Source: Candidatus Saccharimonadota bacterium (GTDB lineage Bacteria; Patescibacteriota; Saccharimonadia; Saccharimonadales; Saccharimonadaceae). Taken from it: DNA of 64,000 nt. This document shows, piece after piece, positions 1 to 8,780 of this stretch. Below the pieces are notes generated by a model. The model had not been told where the DNA came from and did not search any database. It worked only from the letters and a program-made list of their open reading frames with translations. The position numbers and the translations under genes were made by a program. The stretch covers positions 18,877 through 82,876 of the forward strand of contig JAFXZL010000002.1 of the NCBI GenBank assembly GCA_017541245.1, given 5' to 3'. Position 1 is the stretch's first letter, and the number at the start of each line of letters is the position of its first letter.

Positions 1-56
1 CGTTATATCTTGTTCTGTCGGTTGCTTTCGCTATGTTTCCATTATATGACACAAAA

Positions 57-87
57 TTAGCACTGTCAATACGAGAGTGCTAATTTT
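57..87. terminator. intrinsic terminator hairpin, probably bidirectional
   Basis: TTAGCACT, an 11-nt loop, then AGTGCTAA (57-83). It is followed by TTTT and preceded by AAAA. It lies just downstream of the stop of the minus-strand SPFH gene. Confidence 0.6.
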
Positions 88-127
88 GCTTATGTTTTTA
101 GCTTTTGTTCAGCTTCTTAAGAGTAAA

Positions 128-874
128 TTAGTGAAGATGCTGAGCTAACTTTTCTGCGCCGTTTGGAAGAACGATAACAGTCTTCTGGGAAGGATCGTTG
201 GAAATCTTCTCAAGAGTTTGAAGAGTACGAATCTGGATACCGCCTGGAGTGCGAGCAAGAAGGCTAGCAGCTTCGGAGACAGCCTGAGCGGCACTCTTTT
301 CACCATCGGCGGCAATAATTGCAGCACGGCGTTCGCGTTCGGCTTCCGCCTGCTTTGCCATTGCGCGCTTCATGTCGCTTGGGAGCTCAATGTTCTGAAG
401 CTTAACGTTCTCAATATCGATACCCCACTTATCGGTTTCCTTGTCGACGATTTCCTTAATCTGGGCGGAAATTTCATCACGCTTGGAAAGGAGCTCATCA
501 AGCTCGAAGTTACCAGTAATATCACGAAGAGCAGCCTGAGCAAAGTTTGTGGTTGCATAAACGTAGTTGGTTGTTTCGAGCAAAGCTTTGGAAGGATCAA
601 GCACGCGGAAGTAGACAATAGCATCTACGCCAACAGTAACGTTATCCTTAGTAATAACCTCCTGCTTTGGCACATCGATTGGCGTGGAGCGAACATCGAC
701 GCGAGTCATGGTCTGAAGATATGGAATAACCACCTGTAGACCTGGATTGCGCATACCGGTGTATTTACCTAGAGTAAATACGACACCGCGCTCGAACTGA
801 CGCACGACACGGACGCCTGGCAAAATAATTAAAATTATGACAAATAATATAACTGTTAATGCAACTCCTGGCAT
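128..874 (-). CDS. SPFH/band-7 (stomatin/prohibitin-like) membrane protein
   Basis: N-terminal TM helix, then an SPFH-type core (RVVRQFERGVVFTLGK...VGVDAIVYFRV) and an A/E/R-rich tail (AMAKQAEAERERRAAI). SD is taaggagaaaatATG. An extended -10 (tgctataat) lies at about 899-907 on the minus strand. Confidence 0.85.
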   Translation of the reverse strand: MPGVALTVILFVIILIILPGVRVVRQFERGVVFTLGKYTGMRNPGLQVVIPYLQTMTRVDVRSTPIDVPKQEVITKDNVTVGVDAIVYFRVLDPSKALLETTNYVYATTNFAQAALRDITGNFELDELLSKRDEISAQIKEIVDKETDKWGIDIENVKLQNIELPSDMKRAMAKQAEAERERRAAIIAADGEKSAAQAVSEAASLLARTPGGIQIRTLQTLEKISNDPSQKTVIVLPNGAEKLAQHLH

Positions 875-936
875 ATTTTCTCCTTAATACTTAAATCTAT
901 TATAGCATTAACGGAATAATTTAAAGCAAATAAAAT

Positions 937-956
937 GCCACCGCTTTCGCGGTGGC
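937..956 (-). terminator. intrinsic terminator of cassette A
   Basis: GCCACCGC-TTTC-GCGGTGGC, an 8-bp GC stem. On the minus strand it is followed by ATTTTATTT. It lies 20 nt past the stop of the 976-1173 gene. Confidence 0.7.
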
Positions 957-975
957 AAGTCTAAGGAATAGCGAG

Positions 976-1173
976 TTATGAATTGGTCTTGCGGGGCGCT
1001 CTACGTCCGAAGATTTTCTTCTTGCGAGCTTTCTCGTTGCGTCGGCGAACGATGCTCCGATGATACTCAAGAAGTTCTTCTAACGTTTCCGGCTCGTCGG
1101 ATTCCCATGCGGAAAGCGATGCCGAGGCGGCAATGAGCGCGGCTGAATAGGAGATGGGATTGAATGGGACCAT
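976..1173 (-). CDS. small hypothetical protein with a basic tail (cassette A, gene 2)
   Basis: In-frame ATG at 1173 is preceded by GGAGG with 8-nt spacing; the longest ORF begins at GTG 1182. The region is GC-rich. The C-terminal motif DEPETLEELLEYHRS is followed by an R/K-rich tail. No family recognised. Confidence 0.55.
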   Translation of the reverse strand: MVPFNPISYSAALIAASASLSAWESDEPETLEELLEYHRSIVRRRNEKARKKKIFGRRAPRKTNS

Positions 1174-1197
1174 AATCGTCACCTCCTCTTGCCGAAC

Positions 1198-1836
1198 TTA
1201 TCCTCTGCGCGCTCTGCGGCCGGAAGGCGTTCTGCCAGGCTTGGTCTCAACGGGCTTCTTCTCGGCGGCGGGCTTGTCGGCCGGGGCCTCAGCGGCGCTC
1301 GCACGGTGAAGCTTCATCAGCTCTTCCAGAGTGCTCGGCTCTTCAGCCGGAGCCCCGGTGGTAGCGGATCTCCTGACGGGCTTTTCGCCATGATCTTTGA
1401 CGACAGCGGGCTTCTCGGCCGGGGCCTCAGCGGCGGGCTCTTCAGCGGTGAGCTTGTCGGTCAGGTACTTCATGGCCTTGCCCATCAGCGCTCTATCGCG
1501 CTCACAGGTCCAGAGAGCCGTCCTGATGACGACCTTCCCCTTGTCATCAACTGTGGGGTTCAGCCACGTGATGACGCCAGCGCCGACTGCGGCCTTGAAT
1601 GCGGACACGTTGGTCCAGTCGCCGATGAACACGATGTTCTTGGGGTCGGCGATCAGGATATTGGCAGCCTTCTCCGGCAGCATGAACAGATCATCCAGAT
1701 GCTCGAGGTCGATGCGGACCGTTTCTTCGTTCACCCAGTTGAAACCCTGTCCTTTCGTCAGAGTCTCGGTCTTGGTAGCGGGAGTTGCGTCCAGGCCGGT
1801 CAGCAGGTTGATAAGAGACGTAGTTTTGATCTTCAT
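1198..1836 (-). CDS. hypothetical protein with a P/A/E/K-rich C-terminal half (cassette A, gene 1)
   Basis: ATG at 1836 is preceded by AGGAGG (1846-1850 on +) with 9-nt spacing. A promoter lies upstream and a terminator downstream on the same strand. The motif EEPSTLEELMKLHRAS resembles that of the downstream gene. No family recognised. Confidence 0.6.
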   Translation of the reverse strand: MKIKTTSLINLLTGLDATPATKTETLTKGQGFNWVNEETVRIDLEHLDDLFMLPEKAANILIADPKNIVFIGDWTNVSAFKAAVGAGVITWLNPTVDDKGKVVIRTALWTCERDRALMGKAMKYLTDKLTAEEPAAEAPAEKPAVVKDHGEKPVRRSATTGAPAEEPSTLEELMKLHRASAAEAPADKPAAEKKPVETKPGRTPSGRRARRG

Positions 1837-1916
1837 AAATTCTTTCCTCCTAAAGAACAACCGCTTTTCGCGGTGGAATATTCGATCGCTACCCCTATGG
1901 CAGCAATCCTTGGTGT

Positions 1917-1945
1917 ATTATATCAAAGTTTTGCCTTTTTGTCAA
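1917..1945 (-). promoter_or_regulatory. sigma70-type promoter of cassette A
   Basis: On the minus strand: TTGACA (1940-1945), a 17-nt spacer, then TATAAT (1917-1922) within TTTGATATAAT. Confidence 0.65.
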
Positions 1946-1993
1946 TAGTATGATAGCATTTATGATAACTTTTATGCTAAGATAGAGATAGAT

Positions 1994-2689
1994 ATGGGGA
2001 AATTATTAGACATAGACGCCAGTACAGATATAACCCTAGTTGGCAATCTTGGCGTATATTTGGCACGCCTAAAACGGGCCGGTTTTCGCGTGGTCGATGG
2101 CTTTATTATTCCCGCAAACGAGGAGTTACAATTTGGCCTCAGTAGCGAGATACTTCGTGCTTTCGACAGATTAGGCGCAAATACCGTTGCACTGCGTGCA
2201 GCCCCAATTGAAATGGACATCTATTCTAGCGAGACAATTCGAGGCGTCAAGCGTGACGTACTTGTGGAAACAATTGATTATCTTCGGAACAATTCCCTGC
2301 GCCGCGGCCACAAAGTAGCCGTAGTCGTGCAAAAAGATCTTAATGCGGAGTTTTCTGGCACCATTCACTCCTATAACCCGGTTACTTTGGATAATGGCGA
2401 GATTTTAATAGAGGCGAACCTTTGGATGAATGACACCATCTTAACTGGCGAGTCTGAAACCGATATGATTCTCGTGAATAAAAATACCGGCGCATTAAAT
2501 CTTGAAAGTGAAGATGAAGACGAAATCTGCTTAACGCCAAATCAAATATCTCAGCTATATAATATGATTCGAAAGATTGAAAAAAAGCTAGACGAGGCCG
2601 TCAGCGTAGACTGGGCTTATGACAATGGAATTCTCTACGTCCTTCGCGCCCGCCCAATAACTCAAAAAACATACGAAAGGTATATGTAA
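1994..2689 (+). CDS. stand-alone PEP/pyruvate-binding (PPDK_N-type ATP-grasp) domain protein
   Basis: VGNLGVYLARLKRAGFRVVDGFIIP near the N-terminus and VDWAYDNGILYVLRARPIT near the C-terminus match the N-terminal nucleotide-binding domain of the PEP synthase/PPDK/rifampicin phosphotransferase families. No swivel-His or PEP-utiliser domain follows. Confidence 0.7.
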   Translation: MGKLLDIDASTDITLVGNLGVYLARLKRAGFRVVDGFIIPANEELQFGLSSEILRAFDRLGANTVALRAAPIEMDIYSSETIRGVKRDVLVETIDYLRNNSLRRGHKVAVVVQKDLNAEFSGTIHSYNPVTLDNGEILIEANLWMNDTILTGESETDMILVNKNTGALNLESEDEDEICLTPNQISQLYNMIRKIEKKLDEAVSVDWAYDNGILYVLRARPITQKTYERYM

Positions 2690-3681
2690 TGCTGCACACT
2701 ACGCTAATAATTCTAAAGAAAGATGACGAAATCCTGCTTGGGCTAAAAAAACGCGGATTCGGCAAAGGCAGATTAAATGGCGTAGGTGGCAAGCTTGAGC
2801 CGGGCGAGACTATAGAGGAAGCCGCAATCCGTGAGACCGAGGAAGAAATCGGCGTCAATCTTACGAAGATGGAGCATGTGGCGGATATCGTCTTTGACAA
2901 CCTTTATTATAAGGGCGTGCCAGAACGCAACGTAATGCATGTTTTCTTTGGCCTAAAATGGAAAGGCGAACCTATTGAAAGTGACGAGATTGAGCCGCAC
3001 TGGGTAAAGATATCCGAAATCGACTACGACAAGATGTGGTGTGACGATGAACATTGGTATCCGCACGTATTAGCTGGCGAGAAGGTTGAGGCCTGGTTCC
3101 ACTTCAATGAAGATGATACCTATGATGATTTCTGGATTGATGTCATGGATAAGCATCTAATTGACGATATCGACGATAAAGATGTTGGCTTAGCAGACAA
3201 GAAACGTAAAGCCGGCAAAGATTATTCCTTTAAACCTGGATCTCGCGCAATTCTACTCAACGACAAAGGACAGGTAGCGTTGATTCATAGCGTGAATCGT
3301 GGCTGGTATAAATTGCCTGGTGGTGGGCGCGAAGATGGCGAACTTGCTCGCGAGAATCTTGAACGCGAGCTGATTGAAGAAACTGGCTATAAGGTGGATG
3401 TCCTTCAAAATCTCGGCATCTGCCGTAATGTGCGCCACGACTGGAGGATGGCCGCAGAGGCTCAGATTTATCTTTGCCGCACTAAAGAATTCGTCGGCAA
3501 ACAGCAGATGGAAGATGAAGTCGAAGACGGCGACACGCTTGAATGGTTTGATAGTTTTAATGCAGCAATCGACGTTCTAAAATCGGTTAAGCTTGAAGAA
3601 ATCGGCTTTTATGGCGCATACTTCTTTACAAGAAGAGAGATTGACGCACTAGAATACGCGAAAAAAGTTTACAAGAAATAA
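2689..3681 (+). CDS. tandem NUDIX hydrolase (two Nudix domains fused)
   Basis: Two Nudix boxes are present: GGKLEPGETIEEAAIRETEEEIGV and PGGGREDGELARENLERELIEETGY. The start overlaps the upstream stop (ATGTAATG). Confidence 0.8.
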   Translation: MLHTTLIILKKDDEILLGLKKRGFGKGRLNGVGGKLEPGETIEEAAIRETEEEIGVNLTKMEHVADIVFDNLYYKGVPERNVMHVFFGLKWKGEPIESDEIEPHWVKISEIDYDKMWCDDEHWYPHVLAGEKVEAWFHFNEDDTYDDFWIDVMDKHLIDDIDDKDVGLADKKRKAGKDYSFKPGSRAILLNDKGQVALIHSVNRGWYKLPGGGREDGELARENLERELIEETGYKVDVLQNLGICRNVRHDWRMAAEAQIYLCRTKEFVGKQQMEDEVEDGDTLEWFDSFNAAIDVLKSVKLEEIGFYGAYFFTRREIDALEYAKKVYKK

Positions 3682-4859
3682 TGGACGAAAGACGACCACT
3701 TGCCGAGCGCATGCGCCCGCAAAAACTTGAAGATGTTTTAGGTCAGGACGATATTATCGGCGATGGCAAGATTTTGACGGAAATCGTCAAAAAGCAAGAA
3801 CCGGTCAATATCATCTTTTGGGGGCCGCCAGGAACTGGCAAGACTACACTCGCACGCATTATTGCGAAGGAATTCAAAGCTGACTTTATTGAGATTTCTG
3901 CGGTTACATCTGGCAAGAAAGATGTCGAGAAGGTCGTAGAGCGCGCAAAACAGAACTGGAATCTTAAAACTCGCACTGTGCTTTTTGTAGATGAAATTCA
4001 TCGCTTCAATAAGGCGCAACAAGACGCGTTTTTGCCGCACGTCGAAAGTGGCCTAATAACCCTAATCGGCGCCACCACTGAGAATCCAAGCTTCGAAGTT
4101 ATTTCCCCATTACTCTCCCGTAGTCGCGTCGTAATTGTAAAACACCTATCTAAGGCCGATATCGTAGAGGTCCTAAAGCGTGCAATTAAAGCCGAAAAAG
4201 CCACGAAACGCGTCTCAAAAGCCGCAATAGATTATCTTGCCGAGCTATCTGGCGGCGACGCCCGTTCTGCTCTCGGCGATTTGGAATTAGCGCTTAGTCT
4301 CAGTAAAAAGATTGGTGTCGACGAAGTTAAAGAGGCAGCTGGCCGCAAAGTCCCAGGATACGACAAAAAGGGCGACAACCACTATGACAACATTTCGGCA
4401 TTCATTAAATCCATGCGCGGAAGCGATGCCGATGCAGCATTATACTATTTAGCACGCATGCTTAATGCAGGCGAAGATCCAAAGTTTGTTGCGCGACGCA
4501 TGGTAATCTTTGCTTCCGAAGATATTGGTCTAGCTGGAAATGGTGCACTTGGCTTGGCTCTTAACGCGTTTATGGCGGTTGAAAGAATTGGCATGCCAGA
4601 AAGTGGGCTAATTCTCGCGCACGTCACGACGGCTTTAGCAAAATCAAAGAAATCACGCGTAACGACTGACGCTTGGTATGCGGCGCAAGATTTAGCAAAT
4701 AAAACAATGGGGCTTCCTGTACCGATTTGGCTTCGTAATGCGCCAACAAAACTCATGAAAGACCTTGGATTTGGTAAGGGGCAAAAATGGGAAGCTGGCT
4801 TCCATTTAGATAAAAACTATTTGCCAGATGAAATTAAAGATACAAAGATTCTCCCATAA
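3681..4859 (+). CDS. rarA: replication-associated recombination protein A (AAA+ ATPase)
   Basis: Walker A is [15 protein letters not shown] and Walker B is [11 protein letters not shown]. An MgsA-type C-terminal region is present ([24 protein letters not shown]). The start overlaps the upstream stop (TAATG). Confidence 0.9.
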   Translation: MDERRPLAERMRPQKLEDVLGQDDIIGDGKILTEIVKKQEPVNIIFWGPPGTGKTTLARIIAKEFKADFIEISAVTSGKKDVEKVVERAKQNWNLKTRTVLFVDEIHRFNKAQQDAFLPHVESGLITLIGATTENPSFEVISPLLSRSRVVIVKHLSKADIVEVLKRAIKAEKATKRVSKAAIDYLAELSGGDARSALGDLELALSLSKKIGVDEVKEAAGRKVPGYDKKGDNHYDNISAFIKSMRGSDADAALYYLARMLNAGEDPKFVARRMVIFASEDIGLAGNGALGLALNAFMAVERIGMPESGLILAHVTTALAKSKKSRVTTDAWYAAQDLANKTMGLPVPIWLRNAPTKLMKDLGFGKGQKWEAGFHLDKNYLPDEIKDTKILP

Positions 4860-4866
4860 TTAAGCA

Positions 4867-4980
4867 TGCACTAGGCAACATCACCTTTGGGTCGCGTCGA
4901 GACGGCCCGTCGTTACGGGCGTCTCGCGCTCGCTCTCGGCCGTAGCCTGCGAATGCCCAAATGTAATATTGCCTAGCGCA
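4867..4980. repeat. GC-rich compound hairpin element (copy E1 of a dispersed repeat family)
   Basis: Terminal inverted repeats are TGCACTAGGCAA (4867-4878) and TTGCCTAGCGCA (4969-4980). A second pair is CCTTTGGG and CCCAAATG. An inner 11-bp GC hairpin is CGAGACG(G)CCCG-tcgtta-CGGGCGTCTCG (4898-4926). The core resembles 27970-28015. Confidence 0.6.
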
Positions 4981-4987
4981 TGTATGG

Positions 4988-5440
4988 TTATGGGATTATT
5001 TTGTATTTCTTGGCTAGTTTTATGGCGGCGCTAATTATTTCTTTTCCCTCTTCGCCATAATCTAAAACATCGCCGGCCTGTTCGGTGGACACTAGGACGC
5101 GCTCACACATTTTATCGCCATCAAGGTCGGGGCGATTTTCACCAATTTCAGTTAGCTTTGCAATATAGCGAAGCTGCGCATAGGGCTCACCATCACCTAC
5201 TACGGTTTGGTAACCGAGGTAATGCAGATCAGATATTTTGCAATTCACCTCTTCGTAGACTTCACGATGGAGCGTCTCTTCATAAGTTTCACCCGGTTCT
5301 GGCGTGCCGCCAACTAAGCCATGGAAACCATTATCGACGCGTAGCATAATGCGGCCTTTTTCATCAAAAAGCACGCCATAAACCTGAGTGATTGGCATGT
5401 CGTTCGGGATTGGCGCTTCGTACCAAATGAACCTTACCAT
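4988..5440 (-). CDS. NUDIX hydrolase
   Basis: Nudix box GGTPEPGETYEETLHREVYEEVNC. Confidence 0.8.
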   Translation of the reverse strand: MVRFIWYEAPIPNDMPITQVYGVLFDEKGRIMLRVDNGFHGLVGGTPEPGETYEETLHREVYEEVNCKISDLHYLGYQTVVGDGEPYAQLRYIAKLTEIGENRPDLDGDKMCERVLVSTEQAGDVLDYGEEGKEIISAAIKLAKKYKIIP

Positions 5441-5652
5441 TCGAGGACCTTTTGGCGTGATTTTGCGCCAGAGACGATTGTGATTTGCGTCTTTGCGACG
5501 TGGAATTCATCAGAGATTAGCTCGAGAAGTGCGGCGTTCGCTTCCCCGTCATGGGCGCGCGCATGCAAAAAGGCGACATAACTGTCGTCTTCTTGCTTTT
5601 CAAGACGCGTTGCTCCTTTGGTGCCAGGTTTGACACGAACGGAGATGCGCAT
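5434..5652 (-). CDS. DUF167 (YggU-like) protein
   Basis: RISVRVKPGTKG...HDGEANAALLELISDEFHV...IVSGAKSRQK is typical of the YggU/UPF0235 family. ATG at 5652 has GGAG 8 nt upstream and overlaps the galU stop (TAATG). Confidence 0.7.
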   Translation of the reverse strand: MRISVRVKPGTKGATRLEKQEDDSYVAFLHARAHDGEANAALLELISDEFHVAKTQITIVSGAKSRQKVLEW

Positions 5653-6491
5653 TATTTTTCTCCGCAAACTACGTTATTCGCGTGGAGCCAACCCTCTACG
5701 GAACCACCATCAAGGTACTCGCCCCGAATAGGAAGAACATGGATCTTCTTATGGGCCTTGATGTGCTCGATGATTGGATCGGTAATTAGATATTCCTGGT
5801 CTTTTGGACCGAAATTGTTCTCTTTGCAGTATTTTACGATACGCTGGAGAAGCTCATTAGACATGATGTATTTGCTAATATTAATTAGATTGCTTGGAGC
5901 TTCTTCTTTCTTTGGCTTTTCATAAATGCCGGTCAATATACCATCTTCAACCTTCAATACACCATAGCGTTCGACTTCTTCGATTGGAATTTCAACGGCT
6001 AGCATAGCAGAGTCATCTTCGTCCTCGACAAGCTCCATGAGACGAGCTAGGTCCGAGGAACCGTCTTTGTTGTAGACGAAATCGTCGCCCATCAATACTA
6101 CACATGGCTCATTGATACCAAACTCCTCGACAACCTGAGCGACAGGCTCGGCACTACCATAACGCTCGTCAACGTTCTTTTGGGCGTAGAAATGTAGCGT
6201 AAGACCTTCACGAGAAGTGTCAGTAAGAGTAAGCTTATCTTCCTTGCCACGAGCAATCAAATAATTGTTTAGCTTGGCGTTTTCTTCATAATAAGCCTTA
6301 ATCTGAGAGAATGGCTTTTCGTCGATGACGATGTAGGCTTCTTCAATGCCAGCTTTAGCGCAATCTTCCACGACATAATCTACCAATGGACGATTACCGA
6401 TTGGAAGCATGGCTTTTTCGATCACTTTCGTAACCGGCAAACGGCGCGTTCCCCATCCAGCCACAGGAATAATAGCTTTTTTGATCTGCAT
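5652..6491 (-). CDS. galU: UTP-glucose-1-phosphate uridylyltransferase-like nucleotidyltransferase
   Basis: N-terminal AIIPVAGWGTRRLPVTKVIEKAMLPI (G-x-G-T-R-x-LP signature). The size of about 280 aa fits. Confidence 0.8.
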   Translation of the reverse strand: MQIKKAIIPVAGWGTRRLPVTKVIEKAMLPIGNRPLVDYVVEDCAKAGIEEAYIVIDEKPFSQIKAYYEENAKLNNYLIARGKEDKLTLTDTSREGLTLHFYAQKNVDERYGSAEPVAQVVEEFGINEPCVVLMGDDFVYNKDGSSDLARLMELVEDEDDSAMLAVEIPIEEVERYGVLKVEDGILTGIYEKPKKEEAPSNLINISKYIMSNELLQRIVKYCKENNFGPKDQEYLITDPIIEHIKAHKKIHVLPIRGEYLDGGSVEGWLHANNVVCGEK

Positions 6492-6522
6492 TAGAGAAAA
6501 TCTCCGTATAGTTTTATATATT

Positions 6523-7203
6523 CTATCTTTTCTTCATCGATTTTACAATAAAGAACAGATGATAGACGCAACGATATAAGATATAGCCAGTACCAAATGC
6601 CAACAAAGCGTTTAGCACTTCATATCTTTCGCCGACAAGCCAAATAATTAGTGTGGATGTCACTGGAATCGCAATAAGGGAGACCACTATATCTGTCACG
6701 ATTTCATTACGCGACCATTCGTTTTGATAGCGGAATACGATGGCCGCTTTTTCGATGATAAGATAGAACGCTAGGGCCACGGCCGCAAGATAGCAAACGA
6801 TAGAACTGAAGAAACAGCCACTGAATGCTACGCCAGCGATAATACCGCCGAGCACATCCAAAATAAGAAGTGGCGCAAACGGAAGTTTGGTTTTCTTCTT
6901 GCCTTTGATTCTCTTATTAAAGACTGAATCGATGAGTTTTGACATAATCCAACCAATCACCACTAGAACAACAAATGATCCCGCGGCGATTAGGGCGAAC
7001 GTGACATTATCAAACTTTTCTTCACTAACGATGGTCGGAACAGAATAAATGACCAAAATCGCCGATAAAATTATAGCCGCTGGAATACTTACTTTCTTAA
7101 TGATTGGAGAGTAGTCACTATTGATGTCGAACAACTTTAATGCGGCAAGTACGGCAAAAACTACTAATAAGCCAACTACTATTGAATATATAACAGGGGT
7201 CAT
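6523..7203 (-). CDS. polytopic membrane protein, unknown function
   Basis: Six or more hydrophobic segments. ATG at 7203 is preceded by GAGGAGG and overlaps the gpmI stop by 1 nt. Confidence 0.6.
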   Translation of the reverse strand: MTPVIYSIVVGLLVVFAVLAALKLFDINSDYSPIIKKVSIPAAIILSAILVIYSVPTIVSEEKFDNVTFALIAAGSFVVLVVIGWIMSKLIDSVFNKRIKGKKKTKLPFAPLLILDVLGGIIAGVAFSGCFFSSIVCYLAAVALAFYLIIEKAAIVFRYQNEWSRNEIVTDIVVSLIAIPVTSTLIIWLVGERYEVLNALLAFGTGYILYRCVYHLFFIVKSMKKR

Positions 7204-8780
7204 TATTCCTCCTCTATGATTGGCGGGAGCCATGCTTCATGTGGTTCCTGGCCAAGTAATACTGCGATAGTAGAAGCGATATTTGCTAAGCCACGATCAC
7301 CAAGGCTGAGGCGATATTTCTTAGCGTTTTCGGTATCGTCTACGAAGATACAAGGGACACGGTTAGTGGTGTGGGCGGTTTTTGGCGTACCGTCCGCATT
7401 GAGGAGTTCTTCGGCGTTGCCATGGTCTGCCGTAATGATTGTAATACCGCCGAGCTTATTAACTGCCTCCACGATACGTTTCAGGCAGATGTCGATAGAT
7501 TCCATCGCGTTGATGGTTGGCTCCATTTCACCAAAGTGGCCGACCATATCACCGCCAGGATAGTTGATGCGGAGAAAATCATATTGTTTTGATTCAATAG
7601 CTTTAATAAATTTGTCTGTAATCTCGGCAGACTTCATCCATGGACGAGTATTGAATGGCTCCGTATAAGACGGGACCTCTTCGTCTACTTCCCCATCCGG
7701 GATATGATAACTATTGCCATTGAAGTAGTAAGTAATGTGGCCGAATTTCACGGTTTCGGAGATAGCATATTGCTTTAGCCCCTTGCTGGCAAGATATTCT
7801 GGCAGAGTATGCCTGAATTCTGGTGAGCCGACTAAGACATGGGCCGGAACATGAAGATCCTCGTTGTATTCCGTCATGCCTGCAAAGTAAACATCTGGGC
7901 GACGTATGCGGTCGAAATGCGGAAAATCATCATAAGTGAAAGCCTGCGCCATTTCTACCGCGCGATCGGCGCGGAAATCGATATAAACGACTGCGTCGCC
8001 ATCGTTGATAGTGCCGATTGGCTGGCCATTTTCTGCGATTACAAACGCAGGCATGTATTGGTCTTGAAGATCTTTAGTCTCGGCGCGGAATGTCTCAATA
8101 GCCTCGGTAGCGCTAGCAAACTGGCGCCCCTCACCAAGAACATGTGTGTGCCAACCTTTTTCGACCATTGGCCAATCATTTTCGTAACGGTCGCAAGTAA
8201 TAACCATGCGGCCACCGCCAGATGCAATCTTGTAATCTGGATCGCCAAGGTCATGAATGAATTTCTCTAAGCGTTGGATGTATTTTGGCTCGCTGTGCGG
8301 TGGAACATCACGGCCATCGATGAGCATATGAACGCGGATACGATTAATACCATCTTTTTGAGCCTGAGCAAGCATCTTCTCTAGATGGGCGATATTAGAA
8401 TGGACGTTCCCATCACTGAAAATGCCCATAAAATGCAAAGTTGAACCGCGCCCATGAATGCGCGTAACGATATCGCGCCAAGTTTGCGTCTCGAAAATCT
8501 TTCCAGTATTTACGTCATTTTCGACAGCAGCGGAGCGCTGCAGGACAATCTCGCCTGCGCCCATGGCATTATGACCAACTTCAGAGTTGCCCATATCGTC
8601 TTTCGGTACGCCGACATATTCACCGGCCGCGCCAAGCTTGGCAGTTGGATATTTATCCATCAAGTAGTTTAATGTTTCGAGATGCGCCTGCTTTACAGCA
8701 TTGCCCTCTCTTTGATCACGAAGGCCGACGCCGTCCATGACAACAAGAACAACTGGCCCGTCAAAATTCAACTTGCTCAT
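7203..8780 (-). CDS. gpmI: 2,3-bisphosphoglycerate-independent phosphoglycerate mutase
   Basis: VVLVVMDGVG, GNSEVGHNAMGAG and TADHGNAE metalloenzyme motifs. The start is taken at MSKLNF (8780) because a -10 box (TGCTATACT) lies 6 nt upstream. The longer ORF to 8843 runs into the divergent gene. Confidence 0.9.
   Translation of the reverse strand: MSKLNFDGPVVLVVMDGVGLRDQREGNAVKQAHLETLNYLMDKYPTAKLGAAGEYVGVPKDDMGNSEVGHNAMGAGEIVLQRSAAVENDVNTGKIFETQTWRDIVTRIHGRGSTLHFMGIFSDGNVHSNIAHLEKMLAQAQKDGINRIRVHMLIDGRDVPPHSEPKYIQRLEKFIHDLGDPDYKIASGGGRMVITCDRYENDWPMVEKGWHTHVLGEGRQFASATEAIETFRAETKDLQDQYMPAFVIAENGQPIGTINDGDAVVYIDFRADRAVEMAQAFTYDDFPHFDRIRRPDVYFAGMTEYNEDLHVPAHVLVGSPEFRHTLPEYLASKGLKQYAISETVKFGHITYYFNGNSYHIPDGEVDEEVPSYTEPFNTRPWMKSAEITDKFIKAIESKQYDFLRINYPGGDMVGHFGEMEPTINAMESIDICLKRIVEAVNKLGGITIITADHGNAEELLNADGTPKTAHTTNRVPCIFVDDTENAKKYRLSLGDRGLANIASTIAVLLGQEPHEAWLPPIIEEE

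Noticed and set aside
1189-1953. 254-aa plus-strand ORF (and 1397-1948) covering cassette A
   Set aside because: It is Gly/Leu/Arg/Ser-rich nonsense typical of a shadow frame in GC-rich DNA. The promoter, two GGAGG sites and the terminator all support the minus-strand genes.
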